Virus record (IMG/VR): IMGVR_UViG_3300010049_000009
Location: 160,001-224,000 of that record
Length of the DNA stretch: 64,000 bases
Strand: one strand, 5' to 3'
Source: a virus
Taxonomy: Duplodnaviria; Heunggongvirae; Uroviricota; Caudoviricetes
Positions 57,401 to 64,000 of the stretch are shown piece by piece. Numbering within the stretch: position 1 is the first letter of the stretch; every line of letters starts with the position of its first letter. The notes beneath the pieces are model-generated. The model had not been told where the DNA came from. It saw nothing but the letters and a program-made list of their open reading frames with translations, and ran no database searches. Made by a program: the position numbers and the translations under genes.

Positions 57401-57864
57401 GATTTATAAGCAGGACATATTCCCCAAGTTAAATTTCCGATTACACCGGTTGCCAACTTATCATCGCAAATACAAAACACCTCTTCTTCATCATACCATA
57501 TTTCGTTTATCATTTCACCCAAAACATTTGCTAAAACAGTGGCGGTAATTTCATTAACGATTTTAGTCTGAATAGAATTAAGAAGGGTATTCACAGATTT
57601 TTCTTCATGAAACCACAACCTTTCTGTTATTCCAACAAGAAGGTTGCGCATAGTTTCATCTTTAATGGGGTGCATTAAAGTATTTATCGGTAGAGAACCA
57701 TTGATTTGCGTTTTCAATAATTCTTCGTAAACCAATCCTTTTTCACCACACACATAATGTATAATATCATATAAACATTCTCGCGCAATTTGTGCTGTCA
57801 CTAGTTTAGACGTGTTTTGATATATTTTAGATTCAACAATACCAATTAAAATTTCTCTTGTCAT
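51499..57864 (-). CDS. 2121-aa BspA-type leucine-rich repeat (LRR_5) protein, putative virion adhesin
   Basis: dozens of 23-aa repeats of the type LTSVIIPNSVTTIGxxAFxGC, two N-cap and two C-cap modules, upstream ATATTTATA. Confidence 0.9.
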   Translation of the reverse strand: MTREILIGIVESKIYQNTSKLVTAQIARECLYDIIHYVCGEKGLVYEELLKTQINGSLPINTLMHPIKDETMRNLLVGITERLWFHEEKSVNTLLNSIQTKIVNEITATVLANVLGEMINEIWYDEEEVFCICDDKLATGVIGNLTWGICPAYKSLCILGNGPMPEEIVGEWREYANVVERIIIGRGVTTIGNHAFDEFSKVFYLTIPNSVISIGDDAFLGCESLTEITIPNSVTTIGNHAFMGCKNVSVITIGNSVVTIGNSALSGLEKITEMKLPNSVTTLGKSAFAHNWKLKEMIIPDSVTIISDNLFLRCDDLANVTIGRLVRSIGAFAFAECKSLTQFNIPNSVRTVDDAAFKDCFSLTNITIGNLVERIGDGAFANCRSLVSANLPFLTNTLGRECFVGCTLLNSITLGESCINIGPGAFAYCPSLSRIANYAMTPQVINQTVFEHGVNYNTCLVLVPAESLTSYKVANIWRNFQNIEAFDIEEEFCYCEEPLASGTVGSVTWKICHNYALCVQGEGIISDNSASQPWRNNTHYSNVRRIIVGRNITEIGNNAFQSCTNTFSIHIGNAVTRIGNNAFQSCGNLIDVTIGNSVVTIGNNAFQGCANLISLVIPNNVTTIGHTAFSGCTSLLTAIFGNSLTTIEHSAFRNCFGLTSVTIPNTVTTIGGGNNSSTHGAFQSCTGLLDITIGESLTTLGDFAFNGCTSLEDVVIGGSVTSISQNVFAGCAKLRKLTINDGATLLTLNGSGNNATDSSSTFNGCPIEEVYIGRNIIRNNGTWALFNLPIRSVIIGNTVTTIVNNAFTTRTNLVNLTIGNSVEEIGVSAFQGCTRLTSVIIPNSVITLGVGAFQGCIGLTSVIIPNSVITLGVGAFQGCIGLTSVIIGNSVEIIDVDAFSGCIGLTSVIIPNSVITLGTNAFHGCIRLRIVTFNDGEGVLTMLGNNTPFNNSPIEEVYIGMILYREGTWALFPQGLKKVVIGNMVKEIKENTFINSTSLEEITIGNSLEVIEDRAFQGCSGLEIVVLPNTIKIIGNFAFRNCVVLKSINLPNSILEIGKYCFQRCIKLEYITLPTSITYTKIEEGVFFGSGLLNIIIPNNITEIGSFVFSDCEYLSQITLNNNITEIGAYAFRVCNNLTNVILPNSITIISMGLFQSCRKLKSVTIPPTVVKIDNNAFYGCVLMEAITIPSGVTSIGAGAFGKCRNLIGIVIPSGITVINEFTFQGCSGLETITIPNLVTEIKQNAFFGCTDLTTVVLGNSVKIIRQNAFWQCRFLDTINIPNSVEIIENHVFLGCDNLETITIPNSVKEIGVGAFQGSGLISIIIPNQITKIEDNLFVDCYNLTSVTIPTSVKEIGISSFKNCIKLTSAAIPNSVIKIDAGAFQATGITTLNIPDSVVTLGTNVFYQCLDLVTVIIGNGVKTIGNHSFFECTKLVNLTIGNLVESIGVSAFQGCSVLEPVVIPNSVKSIADLAFHNCIGMINLTIGTGVETIGVSSFNRCQGLKVLNLQTQVLKSIGEYAFFDCRSLESALVLPNSLENIGDFAFASLSTAFSNFIPSVVFGTGLKGRGSGAVLTANINANGVVTGVTVNNGGVGYIPNNTDISFVGGDGSGATATVNITTSSIVGEGVIGSVSVSNGGSGYTEPPTVVVSTNSLIGNYTFQNNTRLNSITLPSNLLRIGDYTFNNCGTNATSPLTSIVLTNSLINVGNYTFDACTRLGSITFPTNNTFTTIGSHTFRGCGVTDNGLTDNRTKFLTSIVLPNSLTTVGSNTFQNCTRLSSIILSNSLTSIGGYTFASCGTLDSGVENNNFLTSIVLPNSLTTVGNYTFQGCNQLTSIVLPNSITGTNGVGSYTFDACTRLSSITFPTSTNFTHIGTYTFRNCGTLDNGVENNNFLTSINIPETVTTIGAACFMNCNRLTSLVIPNSVTTMSSSGWQSSTDADGPFRGCSRLTSITLSTHSSFTTIPISCFSGCSALTSLTIPSNITTINAAAFRGCSSLTTLFIPNTVTRLNGNNTSYSNTASGSFENCTSITNINIGSNVATIEVGVFRGCTALVEVINNRTVPQAIENNTFGGITLTNCCLKVPEGSINQYRSTNHWGNGTPSWPTARIVAIGSNCPS
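55112..55380 (-). repeat. 69-nt near-perfect tandem repeats within the LRR gene
   Basis: identical 69-nt units start at 55205 and 55274, with partial copies at 55112 and 55343. Confidence 0.85.
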
Positions 57865-57883
57865 TTTACTTTAATTTATTTAT

Positions 57884-57892
57884 TATAAATAT
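57884..57892 (-). promoter_or_regulatory. variant putative late promoter ATATTTATA
   Basis: 19 nt upstream of the LRR gene ATG. Confidence 0.5.
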
Positions 57893-57899
57893 TATTTTT

Positions 57900-60800
57900 T
57901 TAGATTTCTTCTGCTGTTATTACAATATTAATATTATTAACTATTTCTTCATTACCAAAGAAACATAATCTTTCTATTGTTCCTTGTACTTCTCCGTATA
58001 TAATATCAACAACAATTGTTCTACTACCACTAAATGTTATTTTAACCCCACCATGTGGTATTGTACTTGATTTGGGTATTAAAGTTACTACACCGGACGT
58101 TTGTAGTGGTGTTTCAACACCCGCAATTTTAAGTGTACCATTTGCTCTTGTAACACTATCTTCACCAAAATTTGGTCTTAAATTAACCGTTGGTGTAATG
58201 GTTGTTGTTCCAAAAGCATAACATTCAGCATCCGAAGTTGCTGTCCAATTTCCTGTCATATCAATAACACCCGTATAACCAAAGAATGTCCCACCAAATA
58301 CCGCCCAACCTTTTTTAATGGCAATATTTTTATCACATAAATCAATATGTGGGTTTCCACCAATTCTAACTTGTCCGTAGGTTACTGTGGGTAAACTTCG
58401 GAACATACTATCCAATTCTTCTCTAAACAATAAGTTACCACTAACATTTATATATCTAATATCTTTGTTTTTGGATACATCAAATTGCATTAAAAATCCG
58501 GCAATACAATTAATATGTGTAATAGAAGAGTTTGTATAGATACCAATACAATGAACATGCCTTGCTCTATAATCCATTCTTACTCTTGTTTCCCCACCCG
58601 TTAATGTTATTTTGGTAATAGCTGTTTCCCCGCTTGCAAAAACTTCGGTTACAGGTACACCAGGTATGGGCATCCCCCAATGAATATAAGCATCACCCGC
58701 ACTACCTGTTATTTCTAAATAAAGTGGTGCTTGTCTATCAATATTAGACAATTTATTTGTTACCATAAGAGTATTCAAAGGTAAACCATTATATGTTTTA
58801 GCAACTTCTCTACGCCCAAAATGAATGTGGTTATTCCACGATCTATTTTGATTGGATGCGTTACGTGGATAAGTACTACTAAAATTACTTTCACGACCTT
58901 GATAATGATCGTCTATCACATCAAATTTATCGCTTGTGTGCATATTTTCAATTTTTGCTGGTTGAAATGGGCTATTATAATTAGCGGGTAAATATGGTAT
59001 AACATGTGTTTTATCTGGTCCAAATTGAAAATCTAATTCAGAAGAAACAAAATTACCATATTCATTTACTTGCCACACCACTACTGCTGTATTACCACAC
59101 GCAAATATCAAATCTTTAAATAAAAATATATGACGATATCTATTAATATCACTACTATTTACCATCCCAATACTAGCAATTGCATTAGTACCACGATGTA
59201 TATAGTTACCATATAAATCCGACCAATAATAAACTTGGGAATTACGCCCGGCACTTTGATTTGATGTATTTGCTGTTGAAAATAAAAATCTTCTATTGAA
59301 ATTAGGTTCAAATATTATTCGACATAAACTTCTAATATCAGTTTCCGCACCTGTTGTAAGATTACTTCTGTATTTTGCATCATATTCATTCATAACACCT
59401 GTCGTAAAATCAAACACAGTACATAAGTTAGTACTATTAGCAGTTGTTCCTGTTATACCCCATAATATTCCATTATTATCAAAAGTAATATCTATTATAT
59501 TATTTTCTGTGTTTCTTGTAGTACCCAATAAAGTCTGAACACCCGTTGTTATATTAACAGAATAAATATCCCTGGTATTAGCATAATATAATAAATTTCC
59601 TGGTCTAGGTAGAACTTTTACGATAGCAGTTGTGCTTGTTAAAACGTTTGTTATACTTTGTAAATTATCAGATTCACGTAATAATTGTGTTCCTCTAATA
59701 AAATAAAATCTTCCATCTAAATGTTCGGCGTGTTGTTCAAATTGTGTTATATTATCTGTTTCATTTACGAATGAAAAAAATAAATCTATACTATTTAGTT
59801 CAGAATTATATTTATAAACATTACCACTATGAAATATATAAATTCTATCATTACAAGTATTATTAGTAACAAGCGTTGGTGCGGTGTTATTACCACCTAT
59901 ATTCATAACGGAACCCGATTCTGAATCATCCCATTTGCGCCATCTTCTTAGTGTGGAATTACCTTCAACTGTACCATGTAGAAGTTTTGTTTGTGTTCCA
60001 ATACCACAATGTGTGTAGTTAATCTCATCAATTGGGGCGTTGGATAATCTAAAACTATTTGAACCAACTAATCTCATAACCCCACCACGGGCATTAGAAA
60101 CAAGATAAAATTCTTTATCATTCCGCATTGGTAATACATAACTCATTGAAGACACATTTGAGGGAACACGATTCAGTGGCATAATATTAGGTAAATGGGC
60201 ATTATATAACACATGTGTACCAATATTTGCTGTGCTTTGTGTTGGTGTTATATTAGTAATTGTATCAAGTTCATGTAAGAATGTTACAGAAAAATCAGAA
60301 TTTAGACGATACAATCGTGGGTTATATTCATTATGATTTGCTAATATACACGACATACCATCCATATAAAAGTGTGAATTTAATGTATAATTTGTATCCA
60401 AACCCGTTATGGAAACAACCTCATTATCTTTCAATATTTGGTTATTTGTAAGTATAAGATAAGTTGGTGTAGATTCGTCATATTTATTTGAAAAATAATC
60501 AGAATAAGTACCCATATTACTCCCACCACTAATATTTCCTATTTGTTCGTAAGAAAGGTTATATACAACAAAACTACTACCCGACCCAATATAAATGTTA
60601 TTTAATACCTTATAAACATGGTTGAGTGTTGGAATTATTGGGGTTTCCATATTATGTCTATTTAATGTGGTTGCTATACCTGTTGATAAATTATATTCTA
60701 TTATAGCAGAATGACCAGCATTGATTATAGATATTAATATTTTTTCCTCATTTACTTGAATAAATCTAAGTGTAAATTGTGTTATTTGTGAGGTTGCCAA

Positions 60801-62861
60801 ACCACCCATTATTGTTCCCCAATCAGGTGGTATTACCTGTCTGTTAGTGTTTGTCACAACATCATATATCCAACATTGTATTGTACCACTAGTTCTATTC
60901 AAATAAACCATAAAACGGTTATAGGTGTGATATCCTAGACTAGGACTAAAAAAATCGGGTATAGTGCTATTACCACTACTTGTAATAACAGGTAATGCGG
61001 ATTGTATACTAGAAACTAATTCAAATGTTAATTTATTGAATTTTAATATTCGATGTATAAGCATAGTGTTACTACTAAGACTACCAATATTTGGGTAATA
61101 ATGTCTAGTTAACCCATGCATAATAACTAAAAACGTGATAGTTTCTTCTTCTTCATATAAAAGTATTGGTCTCACAAATGGTGGACCATATACACCAGTA
61201 CTATAATCACTGTTAGCCGCACTAATACTAGAAAAACTTGTTGGTGGTGTTGCTAAATCCGGTTTAAATAATATGTTTCTATTACTAACAACATCCCACG
61301 AATACGAAGAAACGTTATAACGTGACACAACAAGATGTAATGATATATTACCTACAGTATAATCCCAACCACTCCAAGAAAAATTACCAACATTAGAAAA
61401 GTTGACTCTATATATATCTCCACCATAATTCAATAAATAATTAGTGTTTAAACCCATATCGGGTACAGTAAATCCGTTTGGTGCGGTGGCAGTTGGGTTA
61501 CGATGCATATATGATTTTTGATGTGTTTGTAATAATTGTAATCTATCTACTTTATCAACAAAATAAACCGGAAAGATTGGTGTACCACTATTCCCAACAG
61601 TACCATATGTATAAACCCTATCACCAACAATAACCGGTACATCGCAAACTCTATGTAATGCGTTTCCATCACACATTCTGGTTTGAGCAGACACAAATTC
61701 CCCACCATATTCAATAAAAGCAAACGCTGTGTGCATAAAATGATCGTTTAGCGACCCACTAATTGAACCACTTCTATTTATAACACGTTTTTTTAGTGTA
61801 TCTACAAATACAAAAAAAGAATATTGGTTAAATGAACCTGTTTTTGTACTAGTTGGGTTGTTTTGGATTCTTGGAGAAGAAATATTAACATACCGTCTAC
61901 ATTGAGTTGGTCTAACATACCAAGTAGTTATATCAGAACTATGTTGCCCCATATCATGTGTTTGAACTTCATCATTATCTAAATCACGAATTTTTAATTC
62001 TATTCTATTATTAACAGTGTTTCTTCTTAAAGAAACAAAACAGTTATTTGCATAATAAAATCCGAGTGTGTTGGTATTAGAAACCTGATCTGATACCATT
62101 TTAAATGTATTGTCATTTACATTATACATTAAAATAGCATTATTTGATGTACATAAAAATTTACCGTCACCAATATTTGGTAATGTTTCACTCCCATTAT
62201 AACCATATAATGTCCACCTTTCTTCATTAAAACCAACCCCCGTGTGTGATAATGTTGTTGTTGCTGTTGTTGGAAAACTACCTATTTCAATAAAATCCAT
62301 ATCATAAATTCTACTATTACAATAGAATTTATCATCATAAAAATATCCGTGAAAAAGTCGTGAAGTGCCGGTTATAGCATCTGTTACTAATCTTGGGTAG
62401 TTTTCTAATATTTTGTATTCAGCATATGGGTCTTCTTGTGTTTCATACACCAATATTGCATGCGCATCTGTTGTATTATTATTACACAAAAATATTACAC
62501 CTTCCTTATGTAAACCACCAACGCTACAATTTGTTAATACAAACTCATTAATTCTTAACATATAAACAAGTCGTATTGGACTACACACGCTTGAATATTG
62601 AATAACTTGATTATTATAATAATATGCTGTGTTTCTTGTTGGGGAATACACATGATTAACTATATCAGCGTATCGTAAGTTTGTTGGGTTATGAGGAACC
62701 ATCCCTTGTAACACCGGTTCCTTTGTTCCTTCCCAAGTCAACATTGCAACAGATGGTGTAAACACATATTCTGCTGTATATCTATTATCATTTTCCGCTG
62801 TGGTCAGATTATCAGATAACGTACACTCAAATTTTAAATTTTTATATGGATAATGTGCCAT
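57900..62861 (-). CDS. 1653-aa Asn/Thr/Ser/Tyr-rich putative virion (fibre or receptor-binding) protein
   Basis: long uninterrupted ORF, beta-rich composition, short LRR-like segment near the C-terminus (FDVSKNKDIRYINVSGN ... KKGW). Confidence 0.6.
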   Translation of the reverse strand: MAHYPYKNLKFECTLSDNLTTAENDNRYTAEYVFTPSVAMLTWEGTKEPVLQGMVPHNPTNLRYADIVNHVYSPTRNTAYYYNNQVIQYSSVCSPIRLVYMLRINEFVLTNCSVGGLHKEGVIFLCNNNTTDAHAILVYETQEDPYAEYKILENYPRLVTDAITGTSRLFHGYFYDDKFYCNSRIYDMDFIEIGSFPTTATTTLSHTGVGFNEERWTLYGYNGSETLPNIGDGKFLCTSNNAILMYNVNDNTFKMVSDQVSNTNTLGFYYANNCFVSLRRNTVNNRIELKIRDLDNDEVQTHDMGQHSSDITTWYVRPTQCRRYVNISSPRIQNNPTSTKTGSFNQYSFFVFVDTLKKRVINRSGSISGSLNDHFMHTAFAFIEYGGEFVSAQTRMCDGNALHRVCDVPVIVGDRVYTYGTVGNSGTPIFPVYFVDKVDRLQLLQTHQKSYMHRNPTATAPNGFTVPDMGLNTNYLLNYGGDIYRVNFSNVGNFSWSGWDYTVGNISLHLVVSRYNVSSYSWDVVSNRNILFKPDLATPPTSFSSISAANSDYSTGVYGPPFVRPILLYEEEETITFLVIMHGLTRHYYPNIGSLSSNTMLIHRILKFNKLTFELVSSIQSALPVITSSGNSTIPDFFSPSLGYHTYNRFMVYLNRTSGTIQCWIYDVVTNTNRQVIPPDWGTIMGGLATSQITQFTLRFIQVNEEKILISIINAGHSAIIEYNLSTGIATTLNRHNMETPIIPTLNHVYKVLNNIYIGSGSSFVVYNLSYEQIGNISGGSNMGTYSDYFSNKYDESTPTYLILTNNQILKDNEVVSITGLDTNYTLNSHFYMDGMSCILANHNEYNPRLYRLNSDFSVTFLHELDTITNITPTQSTANIGTHVLYNAHLPNIMPLNRVPSNVSSMSYVLPMRNDKEFYLVSNARGGVMRLVGSNSFRLSNAPIDEINYTHCGIGTQTKLLHGTVEGNSTLRRWRKWDDSESGSVMNIGGNNTAPTLVTNNTCNDRIYIFHSGNVYKYNSELNSIDLFFSFVNETDNITQFEQHAEHLDGRFYFIRGTQLLRESDNLQSITNVLTSTTAIVKVLPRPGNLLYYANTRDIYSVNITTGVQTLLGTTRNTENNIIDITFDNNGILWGITGTTANSTNLCTVFDFTTGVMNEYDAKYRSNLTTGAETDIRSLCRIIFEPNFNRRFLFSTANTSNQSAGRNSQVYYWSDLYGNYIHRGTNAIASIGMVNSSDINRYRHIFLFKDLIFACGNTAVVVWQVNEYGNFVSSELDFQFGPDKTHVIPYLPANYNSPFQPAKIENMHTSDKFDVIDDHYQGRESNFSSTYPRNASNQNRSWNNHIHFGRREVAKTYNGLPLNTLMVTNKLSNIDRQAPLYLEITGSAGDAYIHWGMPIPGVPVTEVFASGETAITKITLTGGETRVRMDYRARHVHCIGIYTNSSITHINCIAGFLMQFDVSKNKDIRYINVSGNLLFREELDSMFRSLPTVTYGQVRIGGNPHIDLCDKNIAIKKGWAVFGGTFFGYTGVIDMTGNWTATSDAECYAFGTTTITPTVNLRPNFGEDSVTRANGTLKIAGVETPLQTSGVVTLIPKSSTIPHGGVKITFSGSRTIVVDIIYGEVQGTIERLCFFGNEEIVNNINIVITAEEI

Positions 62862-62893
62862 TTTGTTATATTTTTTTATTTATTTATTTTCAA

Positions 62894-64000
62894 TTAGATA
62901 AGTTGTGTTTCAAAATCAGCAAGTGTTTTAGGTATTCGCCAATTACGTGTGGTAGCACTTGTTTGTGGAAAAGTTGATATTAATTCAAGAGAACCATCAT
63001 CTTGTATTTCAGAAACCTTCCAATTATAAAGAACTACGGGTTGTCCACCATATTCTTGTATGTTATAAACCCTTGTTTCATTTACACCCGGTCTAAATCC
63101 CGGTATATTTGTTGAGTTTTCATTTGGTGTTATTAAAATTTGATTAGTGTCGGGGTCTCTATTAGAACCATTAACAAATGCGGGTGTTATAATACCCATT
63201 AATTTGTTAAACATAACATTTTTCAAATCAATTCTAGCATCTAACAATCTATTTTTTGAATCCCTGGCAATACATTGTATTCTCAAAGCTTCAATCCGGG
63301 AAGGATTTGTGCTTGATATATTTGCGGTTGGCCATATGAAACTAAACGTTTGTGTGGTATCCGTTAGTGCACCACTAAGTCCTGTAACGTTAATAGCAGT
63401 GGGATTACCATTAATAATTGCAGTAATTCCCCTTCGATAAGTTATTGTGGGTGTTCCACCAATAGCATTAATAGATACTGTTATTTGTGCACCTGGTTTC
63501 CATTCAGACGGGTCTTCTAATATAGTAATACCCATCCAATTTTCGTTACAAGTATTTCCAAGTTCACTACATTCAACAAAATCAACCGCTTCCTCCGGAT
63601 CATTAGTGTATTTCCAATTAAATGGTGGGCGTTGTATCGTAATGTATGCTCTACTTGCCTCTACTTCTAAAGGTGCTATAGTGTTAAAACCGCTATTAGC
63701 ACTACTAACAAAACATCTAAGTTCCAAAATGTATTTTCCTTCCGCATTAAATCTATTATCAGGAACATTTTGTGTTATTGATGGGACATTTAAGGCATTT
63801 GTTGTTGTTTGCCACGTAGTTTGTTGTGTGAGCATCCAAACATCAGAACTTAAATGTGGGTTTATAGAACCAACACCACCCGGAACCACCGCCCCCCATC
63901 TATAACGATAACCACCAAAACCGTTTTGTGCTTGACAAACACCTGGTATTGTAGTATCTTCTATTATTGTTGTTGCCGCAGGTATTATTTGTGCGGTAAT
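62894..64000 (-). CDS. putative virion protein, 5' end outside the window
   Basis: the frame stays open from the window edge (ITAQIIPAATT...) to the stop at 62894. Confidence 0.6.
   Translation of the reverse strand: MTAQIIPAATTIIEDTTIPGVCQAQNGFGGYRYRWGAVVPGGVGSINPHLSSDVWMLTQQTTWQTTTNALNVPSITQNVPDNRFNAEGKYILELRCFVSSANSGFNTIAPLEVEASRAYITIQRPPFNWKYTNDPEEAVDFVECSELGNTCNENWMGITILEDPSEWKPGAQITVSINAIGGTPTITYRRGITAIINGNPTAINVTGLSGALTDTTQTFSFIWPTANISSTNPSRIEALRIQCIARDSKNRLLDARIDLKNVMFNKLMGIITPAFVNGSNRDPDTNQILITPNENSTNIPGFRPGVNETRVYNIQEYGGQPVVLYNWKVSEIQDDGSLELISTFPQTSATTRNWRIPKTLADFETQLI

Noticed and set aside
61774-61782. CTATTTATA copy on + inside the 1653-aa gene
   Set aside because: It is intragenic and antisense with no downstream ORF, as expected by chance in AT-rich DNA.
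1-64000. Stop-codon reassignment (TAG read as Gln) as in some large Bacteroidota phages
   Set aside because: Conserved genes (capsid, sheath, NAMPT-like, LRR) are full length under the standard code. Reading through the TAG at 18419-18421 does not join two ORFs in frame.
51499-64000. Diversity-generating retroelement acting on the adhesin-like genes
   Set aside because: No reverse transcriptase is in the window, and I saw no template/variable repeat pair differing only at adenines.
1-64000. tRNA or rRNA genes
   Set aside because: Intergenic gaps are short and AT-rich, and I recognised no cloverleaf with a T-loop consensus. A tRNAscan run would be needed to exclude them fully.

Overview
A 64 kb, AT-rich segment of a large T4-like tailed (myovirus) phage. 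The host is most likely Bacteroidota: there are TTTG-N19/20-TAnnTTTG promoters, A-rich starts without Shine-Dalgarno sites, and a BspA-type LRR protein. Virion genes (gp23-like major capsid, scaffold, neck and tail-completion-like proteins, a 1316-aa tail sheath, large putative fibre/adhesin proteins) are scattered on both strands among blocks of DNA-metabolism and accessory genes. Most of these units are preceded by a strand-oriented CTATTTAT(A/T) motif, a candidate late promoter. Accessory content includes five DNA methyltransferase-like genes, RNA-repair-type enzymes, two AAA ATPases, an orphan receiver domain and PhoH. The best candidate for a new system is a four-gene NAD+ operon (Prs/Adps-like, NAMPT/Namat-like, NadE, PncA). 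Its transferase has Ala at the position of the nicotinamide-specifying Asp, and no adenylyltransferase lies in the window, which suggests a deamidated (nicotinate to NaAD) variant of the phage NAD+ reconstitution pathway. All calls are by-eye motif recognition; no searches were run.
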